Shown: positions 28,379 through 38,051 of the stretch, one piece after another
Position numbering within the stretch: the first letter of the stretch is position 1
Layout of the letters: each line of letters begins with the position of its first letter
DNA from: a virus
Length of the DNA stretch: 64,000 nt
IMG/VR virus record: IMGVR_UViG_3300035310_000070
Strand: one strand, 5' to 3'
Notes under the pieces: model-generated
Told to the model about the DNA's origin: nothing
Databases searched by the model: none
The model's input: only the letters and a program-made list of their open reading frames with translations
Made by a program: the position numbers and the translations under genes

Positions 28379-29051
28379 CATCGGCTGCGCAACCTGTATT
28401 TTCGCTGGCTGGGTTAACCTGGACCACGTGGACATGAGCGAGTACGTGAAGTTCCTTCAGACCACCGGGACAACAGGTATACCTAAGCACCAGGCGGACC
28501 TCGCCCGCCGGGTCCAGGCCGCCGAAGCCGTGGGGGACAAGACCGACTTTCGGGTACATGACCTGCGAACCGGCCTGCCTTTCCCCGACAACAGCGTGGA
28601 CTTTATTTACTTTGGGCAGGTCATCGAACATTTGAACCCCCTTTACCAAGTTCCCCCCTTTCTGGCCGAGTGTCGGCGAGTCCTGCGACCGGGCGGGCTG
28701 ATCCGGATCTCCACACCAGACCTTGACATCCTGCTGGCTTCCTACCTGAACGGCGACATGATGGAGTTCGCGATAGAGCAGCCGGAGCCATATCGTGACG
28801 CTAAGAGCAAGGCGCTACGGCTCGCGTACCTGATGTTTGGATCCCTTGGCCCCCAAAGTACCAATGAGCATTACGAAGGGCATCATTTGACGTATAATCG
28901 AGATTCCATGACGGAGGTCCTGGAGGCCGCGGGCTTCGTCAACGTGGCCTTCTTCCTGCCCGGGGAGAGCCCGAATCCTGTTTTCAGTGAAGAGTGTCAA
29001 GACACAGGGACCACCCACAGCCTTTATGCTGAGGCGGCCAAACCAGCTTAG
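28365..29051 (+). CDS. SAM-dependent methyltransferase
   Basis: VNIGC, LPFPDNSVD, VIEHL, RVLRPGG. Confidence 0.9.
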   Translation: MLKVNIGCATCIFAGWVNLDHVDMSEYVKFLQTTGTTGIPKHQADLARRVQAAEAVGDKTDFRVHDLRTGLPFPDNSVDFIYFGQVIEHLNPLYQVPPFLAECRRVLRPGGLIRISTPDLDILLASYLNGDMMEFAIEQPEPYRDAKSKALRLAYLMFGSLGPQSTNEHYEGHHLTYNRDSMTEVLEAAGFVNVAFFLPGESPNPVFSEECQDTGTTHSLYAEAAKPA

Positions 29052-29060
29052 GAGGTCTCC

Positions 29061-29366
29061 ATGAGTACCAGCCGACGCCGACCATCAAGGCCTGCCAGCC
29101 GTCCCCACTCGGAACCGGTACCGGAAACGACCCCGGAGGAGCCAACGGCCCCCGAGGACATAGAGCGGGAGCCCGCGCCCGCCGCGGAAGCGCCGGTAGT
29201 GGCGCCACCACCAGCCCCCGCCGGGCCCCCAGAGGCGGAGCGCGGGACCTCCGATGGGCGCTTGGTCTGCACAGTCTGTCGAGGGCTGATCGGCGCCGGG
29301 GAGACCTTTGTCAAGACGGACGTCCGCGGTTTTAACCACTTGGATCCTTGCAGCCACCGGGCTTAA
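29061..29366 (+). CDS. Pro/Glu-rich protein with C-terminal Zn motif
   Basis: AGGAGG RBS; CTVC...H..C. Confidence 0.6.
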   Translation: MSTSRRRPSRPASRPHSEPVPETTPEEPTAPEDIEREPAPAAEAPVVAPPPAPAGPPEAERGTSDGRLVCTVCRGLIGAGETFVKTDVRGFNHLDPCSHRA

Positions 29367-29379
29367 AGGCTTAAGGCCA

Positions 29380-31674
29380 ATGCGTATAGCAGTTTTAAGC
29401 ACAACGACCTATTCCACAATGCCCCTCGCATACGGCGGTGAAGCTTCCTTCGGAAATCTGGCTAAGGGGCTCTGCGAAGCGGGCCATGACGTGGTACTTT
29501 ATGGGGCCCCGGGGTCCCAGCCTCCCCATGAGAACTGCCGGTGCACGCTTAGGTACATTCCCGGCACTTACTCAGAGGGAACCTTCCAGCGCGAGTGGCT
29601 GCTGGCCGAATGGTTCTATGATGAGGTGATGGCCTCCGATTACGTGCTGGACTGCTCGTTAAATCACCCTGTCGCTGAATGGGCCGGATGGTACAACCCG
29701 GAGCACCAGAAGAAGATCGCCGTGGTGCTTAATGGAACGACTAGCCATGTACCCCGCTGCGGCCTGTATAACACCGTAGTTGGGTCAAACAAGTGGAAGG
29801 AGCTACTGGTCTACGGGCGCACCCAATTTTATTCTACGCCATTCGAGGCCCAATACGGCGCCAGCATCGAGCCCGTGCCAGAGGAAGCGTTCCTTGGAAT
29901 TGTGCCCTTCTGGACAGACGTCAATTTCTATACGCCGGGCGGCTCCCCCAAAGAGGACTATTACCTGTTTTTGTGCTATGACGACCAGACGGAGATATTG
30001 ACCCGCCAAAGCTGGAAACTATTCAAAGATCTATTGGACACTGACCAAGTCGCCACCCTCAATTCTGCTGGCGAGATGGAGTTTCATACTCCAGTGGCCA
30101 AGCAGCGATTTTATTACAACGGGGAGATGGTCCACTTTAAGGGACGTGGCTACGACTTGTTAGTTACACCCAACCATGAGGTCTACTGTCGTTTTTGCAC
30201 TCCTCACAAGCGAAATACCCGGACCTTCAAGAAAATACCAGCCCACGAGCTAGCCACGCTGCTGGAAAGATGGGGGAGCAGTCACCGACCAGAGCTAAAA
30301 CGCGATTGTTTTTGGGTCGGAGAAGACCACGATTATTTCACGCTGCCGCGTGTTGAGTACGCTTTCCGTCCGCCACTCACAAGTGAGATGCTTCTGGAGG
30401 CCAAGCGTCTTCGGTCTGAGGGTTACAGCTACCACAGCGTCGCCAGAGATCTTAGCTCAACGCGGGGAGCTACGGTTCATGCAATGGCAGTATGGACCTC
30501 CCTGAATGAAACGAGAGGACGGGACTATCCAGAGAGGAAGCTTCCCATGAACCTGTGGTTGCAGTTTCTTGGCTGGTGGCTCTCAGAGGGTTGGTGTGAG
30601 ATCCGGGGAGATAAACATTATCGCATCGGACTCGCCAATACCAACAAGGAACTAATAGACGGCATGATGAAAGTAGCAAGGGACTTGGGCTACCATCCCT
30701 CGCTGCGCCTGTTGAAGCGCCAGAAAGTAACCCACCGACCCTGTTGGCAGATTCATATATATGATAAACAGCTTTATTTGTACCTCAAAGAATTTGGCAA
30801 GGCGCGGGAGAAATGGATACCGGAAGAGATCAAGGCTCTCCCACCTCAACGATTAAGGATCCTCCTTGAGGCCCTTCTGGATGGCGACGGTCACAGAGAC
30901 GGTTCGTCGTGGACCTATTACACCACTTCCACACGCTTGGCAGACGATGTACAGGAAATCGCCATCAAGGCAGGGTATCACGCAACCGTATCCAGGTCCA
31001 AAAGTCAACCGATCTGGCTCGTAATAGGAGGCCAGTCTCAGAAGACTCCCCAGATAATGTCCAAGGCAACCAGAGAAGGATACACCGGTTTTGTCTATGA
31101 TGTGACCGTGCCAAACCACACTATCCTAGTGAGGAGAATGGGCAGGGCAGTCTGGTCCGGGAACAGCCGCCCCACCCCGTACAAGGGCCTGGGCCAGGCT
31201 CTCGAGCTGGCAGCCGAGAGAAAGCTGCACCTGAAGATCGTGCCGGGCCTTGGTGCTGCTTCCCACAGGGTTGAGCTGGAGCAGCACCGGCCTCAAATCG
31301 AAGCGGCGATAGCCCGGGGGGCACAGGTAGAGGTGGTTGTACTTCCTCAGAACTCCCAGCACCACGTGCTGAAACGGGAGCTTTACCGGAGGGCCCGGGC
31401 CCTACTGGCGCCGGTCCAGGCGCACGAGCCATTCGGACTTACAATCATCGAGTCCCTGGCCTCTGGCACCCCGGTCATAGCCTCCCGCATGGGAGCTTTT
31501 CCTGAGATAATCAACCACGGGGAGACCGGTTTTTTATGCTCGAACAAAGCGCAGTACCTTGAGGCCATCGACAACGTGGGGGACCTCCCTGCTGGGGCCG
31601 CACGGGCCGATGCTGAAGCCAGATGGCACTACCTGCGGGGCGCCAAGGACTACCTGAAGCTGTTGGAGGGGTGA
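29380..31674 (+). CDS. GT4 glycosyltransferase containing an intein
   Basis: MRIAVL; extein SRPTPYKG; EPFGLTIIESLASGTPV. Confidence 0.9.
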   Translation: MRIAVLSTTTYSTMPLAYGGEASFGNLAKGLCEAGHDVVLYGAPGSQPPHENCRCTLRYIPGTYSEGTFQREWLLAEWFYDEVMASDYVLDCSLNHPVAEWAGWYNPEHQKKIAVVLNGTTSHVPRCGLYNTVVGSNKWKELLVYGRTQFYSTPFEAQYGASIEPVPEEAFLGIVPFWTDVNFYTPGGSPKEDYYLFLCYDDQTEILTRQSWKLFKDLLDTDQVATLNSAGEMEFHTPVAKQRFYYNGEMVHFKGRGYDLLVTPNHEVYCRFCTPHKRNTRTFKKIPAHELATLLERWGSSHRPELKRDCFWVGEDHDYFTLPRVEYAFRPPLTSEMLLEAKRLRSEGYSYHSVARDLSSTRGATVHAMAVWTSLNETRGRDYPERKLPMNLWLQFLGWWLSEGWCEIRGDKHYRIGLANTNKELIDGMMKVARDLGYHPSLRLLKRQKVTHRPCWQIHIYDKQLYLYLKEFGKAREKWIPEEIKALPPQRLRILLEALLDGDGHRDGSSWTYYTTSTRLADDVQEIAIKAGYHATVSRSKSQPIWLVIGGQSQKTPQIMSKATREGYTGFVYDVTVPNHTILVRRMGRAVWSGNSRPTPYKGLGQALELAAERKLHLKIVPGLGAASHRVELEQHRPQIEAAIARGAQVEVVVLPQNSQHHVLKRELYRRARALLAPVQAHEPFGLTIIESLASGTPVIASRMGAFPEIINHGETGFLCSNKAQYLEAIDNVGDLPAGAARADAEARWHYLRGAKDYLKLLEG
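29974..31164 (+). mobile_element. Intein, 397 aa, with LAGLIDADG endonuclease
   Basis: CYDDQTE...TPNH...LGWWLSEG...LLDGDG...WSGN then Ser(+1). Confidence 0.92.
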
Positions 31675-32108
31675 TGCCAATCGTTGTCGCGGTAGCCGGG
31701 GCGTTCGACCCGGTTCACGTCGGTCATACCCGCCATTTCCGCGAAGCAAGGAAACTGGGTGACTGTCTGGTGGTGCTGCTCAATCCTGACCGGGACCTTT
31801 TGGCCAAAAAGAACTTTGTTTTTATGCCCTGGGTTGAACGCCGGGAGGTTCTCATGGCGCTTCGGGATGTCGATGTCGTGGTCGAGATAACCGACCTGGA
31901 TGGGACCTGCGCCACAACCCTGGCCCGGGTCAAGCCCGATATCTTCGCCAAGGGCGGCGACCGGGATGGTCCACACAACATGCCCCAAAGCGAACTGGAC
32001 ATCTGCGAGCAAATCGGCATCCGGATCGTCTACGGGGTGGGTGGCGGCAAGATACAGTCCAGCTCGGAGCTGGTCCGCGCCGCACGGGAGAAGATGAAGG
32101 CCACGTGA
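31674..32108 (+). CDS. Cytidylyltransferase (TagD/RfaE-like)
   Basis: GAFDPVHVGH HxGH motif; KPDIFAKGGD; SSSEL. Confidence 0.92.
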   Translation: MPIVVAVAGAFDPVHVGHTRHFREARKLGDCLVVLLNPDRDLLAKKNFVFMPWVERREVLMALRDVDVVVEITDLDGTCATTLARVKPDIFAKGGDRDGPHNMPQSELDICEQIGIRIVYGVGGGKIQSSSELVRAAREKMKAT

Positions 32109-34363
32109 AAGCACTCATCGTTTCTACGCAGATTTATCAGGTTCCCCCAGTCAGCTATGGGGGCCTTGAGGTTTGCGTTTTCAACCTGGCCGAGGCCCTA
32201 GGCCAGATGGGGCACGATATCTTCGTGCTGTGCCCCGAGGGTTCTAAAGGACAGCACTTCACGGTCTGCTCCGCCGGCCCGGCGGGCCTGCACAACCCGG
32301 AGGAGCAGGCCTACAATGCGCTCAAGCCCTCCTTCAAGGACTTTGACGTTATCCACGATCATTCCTGGGCAGGATTTCCATACCTCGCCAAGCGGGAGTG
32401 GCCGAAGCTAAAGCTGCTCCATACGATACATAGCCAAAGGCCCTACAACACGAAACCCGTAGACAAGCCCTGTTTCGTCGCGGCCTCCCAGGCCCAGGCG
32501 GACTACCTGAAACGTGAGGTAGGCTTCGATTGTAAGGTGGTGCACCACGGCATTGATCTCTCACTGTACCCGCTATGCACGGCGAAAGAGGACTTCCTGC
32601 TGTACCTCGCCCGGGTTCAAGATGAAAAGGGCGCGCTGGAGTTTGTTCAGCTTTGCAAATCAGTCGGCATGAAAGGGATGCTGGCCGGCGAGGACATATT
32701 CGTTCCGGACCCGCTCGGCTACCCACGAAGGGTGATGGAGGCCTGTGAACAAAGCGGAGGCCTGGTGCGCTACCTGGGGAGGGTCCCCTTCGATTACAAG
32801 CTTGAGCTCCTGCAGACGGCCCGGTGCCTGGTCGCGCCGCTCAAGCCGCCTTATTGTCTCCCTCCCGGAGAAATTGTACTGACGAACCCCTCGGCTAAAC
32901 CTATTGAAGATGTTCGGCCTGCCGATAGGGTATTCGGCGCGGATGGCGTCTGGCATTTAGTTACAGGTATAAATAAACGTCAATTCGATGGGGAACTGGT
33001 CGTACTATACCCCCACTTGTCGCAAGCTGTACGCCTAACGCCGGAACATCGCGTCCTTGCGGTCCGGCCCAGAGCTTGTGGTAACAACGCTAATTCACCA
33101 TGCAGGCCTAATTCATGTAGGTGTCTTCTAAGGGCAAAACGTGCCACTACCTACAAGACTGCCATGGAGATGGACCGCCAGGGGATAGCCCCAAGCATCA
33201 TCAGGAGACAATTAGAAGTTCCTGAGACTACCCTTTACTATTGGCGTAAAAAGAGGACCAGACCACAAGCTTGGGATAAGCCCTTCTATCAATCCTACAA
33301 CCCCGAATGGATAGCTGCTAAAGACCTCCGAGCAGGAGACTTTTTGGCCGTCCCGACCCCTAAGGAAACTGTGGAGTATGCAGGCCCCCCACCACGTCTT
33401 CTTGGGTATTACGTGGCCGAGGGGTTTACCAATAACGATAATCTGCGGCTCGCCTTTGGCACACATGAGACCGCCCTGATAAACGACGCCCGTCATCAAA
33501 TTGAGCAATGGAAGGGGAAAGCGCCTGCGGTGTATCCGACCAAGACCGCAACGTTGGTGGTCTGGTATAGCACCGCAGATGTCTCTACATTCAGAGAGTG
33601 GTGTGGAGTTGGCGCCCACAATAAAAAGGTCCCTTTGCCAATCTTACAAGGGTCCCAAGAGGTGATGCAGGACTTCCTTAAGGGATTGTGGGCGGGGGAC
33701 GGATGTGTCTCCCACCGCAACGGGTATCAAGTTCTTTGCTACGCCACTGTATCACCAACTTTGGCAAGGCAGCTACTACTTCTCCTAGCCCGAGTCGGTG
33801 TGATAGCTAAACTAGGTATCGTTAGCAGTCCTCGGGCCTTCAATAAAGGCAAGCCTGTCTATCAACTCACTGTGTCCGGGCAGCATATGATCATGCTTTC
33901 CTCGTTATTAGACTACCCAATCAACGAGAAAATCAAGCGAAGCCGCGCTCACGCTTCATCTTTCATCCATGAAGGATTTCTTTACTACCCAATTAGACAT
34001 ATTGCACGCCAAGCGTACAAAGGCCCCGTCCACGACTTGCAGGTGGAAAGTGCAGAAAGCTTTCTAGCAGGGAACATCATGGTTCACAATTGCGAGATTT
34101 TTGGTTTAAGCACCGTTGAGGCCCTTTCTTGCGGGACCCCGGTTCTGTCTACGGACCGGGGCGCAGCCCGGGAGCTCCTGGTCCACGGCACGACCGGCGC
34201 CATTGCTGAGGATGTCGCCTGTCTTGAAACAAACCTCGAAATCGCCTTACAATGTCAGCCGAAGGCCTGCCGGCGCCGGGCCGAGGAATTCTCCAGGGAG
34301 AAAATGGCGACCGCGTACCTGGACCTCTACCGCCGTATAATTGAGGATAACGAGCAATGGTGA
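32105..34363 (+). CDS. GT4 glycosyltransferase containing an intein
   Basis: DVIHDHS, ARVQDEKG, CEIFGLSTVEALSCGTPV. Confidence 0.9.
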   Translation: MKALIVSTQIYQVPPVSYGGLEVCVFNLAEALGQMGHDIFVLCPEGSKGQHFTVCSAGPAGLHNPEEQAYNALKPSFKDFDVIHDHSWAGFPYLAKREWPKLKLLHTIHSQRPYNTKPVDKPCFVAASQAQADYLKREVGFDCKVVHHGIDLSLYPLCTAKEDFLLYLARVQDEKGALEFVQLCKSVGMKGMLAGEDIFVPDPLGYPRRVMEACEQSGGLVRYLGRVPFDYKLELLQTARCLVAPLKPPYCLPPGEIVLTNPSAKPIEDVRPADRVFGADGVWHLVTGINKRQFDGELVVLYPHLSQAVRLTPEHRVLAVRPRACGNNANSPCRPNSCRCLLRAKRATTYKTAMEMDRQGIAPSIIRRQLEVPETTLYYWRKKRTRPQAWDKPFYQSYNPEWIAAKDLRAGDFLAVPTPKETVEYAGPPPRLLGYYVAEGFTNNDNLRLAFGTHETALINDARHQIEQWKGKAPAVYPTKTATLVVWYSTADVSTFREWCGVGAHNKKVPLPILQGSQEVMQDFLKGLWAGDGCVSHRNGYQVLCYATVSPTLARQLLLLLARVGVIAKLGIVSSPRAFNKGKPVYQLTVSGQHMIMLSSLLDYPINEKIKRSRAHASSFIHEGFLYYPIRHIARQAYKGPVHDLQVESAESFLAGNIMVHNCEIFGLSTVEALSCGTPVLSTDRGAARELLVHGTTGAIAEDVACLETNLEIALQCQPKACRRRAEEFSREKMATAYLDLYRRIIEDNEQW
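32855..34090 (+). mobile_element. Intein, 412 aa, with LAGLIDADG endonuclease
   Basis: CLPPGE...TPEH...LGYYVAEG...LWAGDG...MVHN then Cys(+1). Confidence 0.93.
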
Positions 34364-34986
34364 ACCGACGCGCACTCGAAAGCCTGCGGGACCTTCCTTT
34401 TGACGAGGTGAGCTGGCGGAAGGTGCTGCTCGAGGTCCTGCCAGCCCAGGCCCAGACCATGGTGCTGATCGAGCAACACCTCGCTGCCATAGAGCTATTA
34501 CTCCGGGCTGGCGCTGCGCCATCTACCGTACTCCAACTTGGCGCCCTCCCCAACGCCGCGCCGGTGGTGACGAGCGAAGTCTTAGTTAAGGCGGTGGTCA
34601 GCACTCCGTCCGTGGCCGTCGGCGCCGAGAGCGAATTCGACGTGGAGCTCACTGACCTGTGGGGCAAGCCCATTGACTTCTCCCATCTAAGCATCACCGA
34701 AGTGGACATTGCGGCCCCGCAGCTGGTCAATGCTGACGACGTGCGATTGAGGATCTTCAGGACGGGCCGGCGACGTGTCCCCCAGGACCTGGTGGCCGAG
34801 TTTACCGGCACTTCAGTAGTTGCCGGCACGTGGCAAGCTTCGTTTTCTAACCGCCGCATTGAGTACAGCGACTCGGACGGCGAAGACGAACTGCACCTCG
34901 CTGTTCGCAACTCAAGCGGGAACTCCGGCCCCAGCACCTTCGACCTCCGATTCTTCGCGCGGGCCTTCCCCAAGACCAGGGGGTAA
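34357..34986 (+). CDS. Putative spike-base/penton-like structural protein
   Basis: Helical N-terminus and beta-rich C-half; precedes the spike. Confidence 0.55.
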   Translation: MVNRRALESLRDLPFDEVSWRKVLLEVLPAQAQTMVLIEQHLAAIELLLRAGAAPSTVLQLGALPNAAPVVTSEVLVKAVVSTPSVAVGAESEFDVELTDLWGKPIDFSHLSITEVDIAAPQLVNADDVRLRIFRTGRRRVPQDLVAEFTGTSVVAGTWQASFSNRRIEYSDSDGEDELHLAVRNSSGNSGPSTFDLRFFARAFPKTRG

Positions 34987-34989
34987 TCC

Positions 34990-36795
34990 ATGCCCATCAT
35001 GGAGCAGACAACCCCAGCCGAGTCGGGGGTGGCTTTGGGACGGGCGCAGACCTGGACCGCCAACCAGACGTTCAGCAGTACTGCGGACTTCCTCTTTTCT
35101 CCGGTGGCGCCGGGCACGGTGACATGGGCCGGCGATGCTGAAAGGTACGTGAGTTGGGAAAACGATGCGGTCGCCACCTACGATGCGCTACGTCTTCGTG
35201 GTGCTAGCGGCCTTGTCGCCCGGTTTGTGCAAGACGCACGCCTCCATATCTGGGACACAACGGCTTACGGTTCTGAGCCGCCCCCGAACCCCGCCGATGG
35301 CGACACATTCGCGTTCGCGCTCTACGGCGATATGTACGGCGGCGACGTCAATACGTTCAGCGAAAACACGCCCGGCGTTCAACGCTCAGCGGGGACTGCG
35401 ACCGCTGGCACCGCCGGCTTGACCCTGATTGACTCAGCCGCGGATTTCGTCACCGCCGGCGTGGTCGCAGGTGACATTGTGCAGAGCAGGACTTCGGGCG
35501 CTTATGGGCGGGTCGTAACCCGGGACTCTGCTACACAGTTGACCCTCGCCGCCTCGACAAACTTGGCAGGCCGTGTTTTGTCATTCAGTGTTGGTAATTC
35601 GTACAGAGTTCGAGCGCCGGGTAATAATCCGGGGTTCGTCCTGGGCCGCCGCTGGGGCGCAGAAATGCGCACCGTTCAGGCCGTGACGGTCCTCTCGCAT
35701 ATTCAAGGTCCTTTCGACAACTTCGGTGGCGCGCAGATCGTACTCTACAACGACGTTAACGGCGGAGGCGGCGATGCTGGCTCTCTGGTCTTGTCGGCCT
35801 TTGGCCAGGGCGGTGCAGGTAGTAACGAAATCCGCCTGGCGACCCGCAGCGCCGCCGACACGCTCGCCACACGGGTCATTGTTTCTTCTGGTGCAATGGC
35901 TTTCCAGGAAGCCACCACCATCAGCGTCACAACCGGCATCCTCGCCCTGGATGGTGCCTCTACTTCCGCAATCCGGCTGAACGAGGCCGGCATAAACGTA
36001 GATACGGCGATAGAGAGCGAGAATGTCACCACGCTGTTCATCGTTGACGCCACCTTGGACGTAGTCTCGATAGGCGGTGGCGTTGGTCTAGGAGGTGCGC
36101 TGCTGAGCTTGCAGTTCGGCGCCCAAGCCCGCACTTTTGCGACCTCCAGGGGCACTACTATTAACCACGTGGCCGACACCCAGACGGATAACGGCGGCGC
36201 CAGGACGATGGCCGTGGTTGCGGCGCAATTCTTCGGCATCCCCACCTGGACTAACGCCGCCAACGCCGTCACCGCCACCATTGGGGCCACCGTGTACATC
36301 AGCGGGGCGCCGGTCGCGGGCACCAACTGGACCAACACCGCGCCTGGCCCCTATGCCCTTTATGTGGCGGATGGCTCGTCGAGGTTCCAGGGCAACGTCT
36401 CGCTGTTCTCGACTTTGACCGCAGGGGCCGATGGCGTAGGAGCCTCTGGCGAGCAGCTTACGTCCGGCGGAGCTGGAGCTGAGGTCTCCTGGACGGCGGC
36501 GGCGTCGTTGCGCGAATACAAGCAGTTTACCGGCGAATATCTGCGCCCACAGGACGCCCTAGACCTGATACTTGGCACGGCAGTCCCGCTGTGGACGTAC
36601 AAGCCCGGTCGTGGGACCGGCGACCACCAGAAGATATACGCGGGGCCGGTGGCCGAAGAAGCACTATGGGCGATGCACCACGGCGGCAGGATTCTTGACC
36701 CCATCAGCACGTTTGGCTACACGATAGCCGCGTTCCAGGCGATGCAGGCGGAGATTGACCAGCTCAAGACCGAATTAGCAGGGCTACGGAGGTAA
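34990..36795 (+). CDS. Spike/fibre protein with peptidase S74 intramolecular chaperone
   Basis: Gly/Ala/Thr-rich beta body; S LREYK...W TYK...GPVAEE...coiled-coil end. Confidence 0.85.
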   Translation: MPIMEQTTPAESGVALGRAQTWTANQTFSSTADFLFSPVAPGTVTWAGDAERYVSWENDAVATYDALRLRGASGLVARFVQDARLHIWDTTAYGSEPPPNPADGDTFAFALYGDMYGGDVNTFSENTPGVQRSAGTATAGTAGLTLIDSAADFVTAGVVAGDIVQSRTSGAYGRVVTRDSATQLTLAASTNLAGRVLSFSVGNSYRVRAPGNNPGFVLGRRWGAEMRTVQAVTVLSHIQGPFDNFGGAQIVLYNDVNGGGGDAGSLVLSAFGQGGAGSNEIRLATRSAADTLATRVIVSSGAMAFQEATTISVTTGILALDGASTSAIRLNEAGINVDTAIESENVTTLFIVDATLDVVSIGGGVGLGGALLSLQFGAQARTFATSRGTTINHVADTQTDNGGARTMAVVAAQFFGIPTWTNAANAVTATIGATVYISGAPVAGTNWTNTAPGPYALYVADGSSRFQGNVSLFSTLTAGADGVGASGEQLTSGGAGAEVSWTAAASLREYKQFTGEYLRPQDALDLILGTAVPLWTYKPGRGTGDHQKIYAGPVAEEALWAMHHGGRILDPISTFGYTIAAFQAMQAEIDQLKTELAGLRR

Positions 36796-36845
36796 AATGG
36801 CACTCATCATCGGCAACAAGCAAATCCAGTCCTAGGAGTCCTTCT

Positions 36846-37301
36846 ATGACCCGGCGTAAAGTCAGCAGGAAAGCTGCGGTTGATAAGTTCTCGGTCTGGC
36901 TGCCCATCCCGGAGCAGTTCTTGACCGTCATGGATGACGGCTGGGCCATCACCCTCCAGGACGGCATTCACAGTGACATTGGGTTGCTCCAGGTCCTGAT
37001 ATACACGGTGCGCCGTCTACCCGTCAAGGACGCCGGGGATGCTGAGCGTAGCCTAGAAGTGCTGCAAATTCTGAAGGCAGCCGACGAGGACGAGGCCGTC
37101 GAATACCTGGAGCTGCGCCGTACCGACTACGACTGGGTCATAAACCAGCTACGGGAGCACTGTCACAAGCTGTGGGCCGCCCCGGACTCGGCCTACCTGC
37201 GGCACTGGCTCCAAGACAACCTGCTCAGCAACAAGCCCTCTACTGACCCAGCGAAGCCAAGCGGCCCGCCTCGGGAGGGGTCAGACCCCACTGTCCGTTG
37301 A
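36846..37301 (+). CDS. Hypothetical fibre-associated protein
   Basis: AGGAG RBS. Confidence 0.65.
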   Translation: MTRRKVSRKAAVDKFSVWLPIPEQFLTVMDDGWAITLQDGIHSDIGLLQVLIYTVRRLPVKDAGDAERSLEVLQILKAADEDEAVEYLELRRTDYDWVINQLREHCHKLWAAPDSAYLRHWLQDNLLSNKPSTDPAKPSGPPREGSDPTVR

Positions 37302-37315
37302 AGCTGTTGATGCGC

Positions 37316-37469
37316 GCCCCCTTGTCTCGGACCTGGAGGTCCTGGAGCGGGGGCACGTCTCCCAGGTGCCCAGGGGAAAGGGCCAAAATCCCTGGGTGAG
37401 CCTCCGGTCCTAGGCTCCGGGGGGGTATGCCTGCGAGAAGGAGGTCGTTCGAGCCGACCGGGCCCCCCA
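37316..37469 (+). ncRNA. Structured RNA candidate ending in a tRNA-like T-arm
   Basis: Several stems; GGTCG-TTCGAGC-CGACC then GGGCCCCCCA. Confidence 0.4.
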
Positions 37470-37532
37470 AAATTCTGTTCGGGTGACAGTTATACTTCTT
37501 CTTGGTGGGCCAACGGTTGCGGTATACTGTTA

Positions 37533-37922
37533 ATGAAAAGTCAGCTTCGGAGGTGTTCCGTGGTCACACCACGCCTGCCTCAGGGCAGCGGCATCTTCAG
37601 GGCCACCCGCCAGGACCCGAAAAACCCCCTGGCCCTGGTCTTTGACCTGTTAACCTTGCCCTTCCAGCTCACCGGCCAGGTAGCGGACATGCCCTTCTCC
37701 CTGCCAGTGCCTCTCACGACAGCGGGGACCCGTTGGTACAACCTGCTCCTGCCCAACGGGACTAATTACCGTGTTATTGCCTTCCCATTTCAAGGCGTAG
37801 CCTATGCGCTACCCACCCCGGAAGATATAGAGATAGTGCTGCAACGCTATTCACCGGTAGGTGATCCCCTAGAGCAGCTACCCACTTGGTACCAGGTTAT
37901 ATTTGGCCTACCCCCGATATAG
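37533..37922 (+). CDS. Hypothetical protein
   Basis: 129-aa ORF; start uncertain. Confidence 0.55.
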   Translation: MKSQLRRCSVVTPRLPQGSGIFRATRQDPKNPLALVFDLLTLPFQLTGQVADMPFSLPVPLTTAGTRWYNLLLPNGTNYRVIAFPFQGVAYALPTPEDIEIVLQRYSPVGDPLEQLPTWYQVIFGLPPI

Positions 37923-38051
37923 GCCTAAAGTGCAGCGGCCAGCCTGGAAGGCAAGTGGAACGTCGACCTGGCCACCGGCAAGTTGACGCCGGTGGCACCC
38001 ACATGATTAATTTGCCCGGGTCGAGTAGTACAGGGAGCTAAAGGCGAGATC

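Noticed and set aside
29361-29384. Possible self-target of guide C1 (GGGCTTAAAGGCTTAAGG)
   Set aside because: Only 4 of 6 dinucleotides fit the gapped pattern, which is chance level
34149-36338. Long antisense ORFs (342 aa, 197 aa) and similar shadows at 27315 and 48466
   Set aside because: Shadows of GC-rich sense genes that have clear motifs
37350-37469. Canonical tRNA gene
   Set aside because: Imperfect acceptor and anticodon arms and an oversized variable region; kept only as tRNA-like
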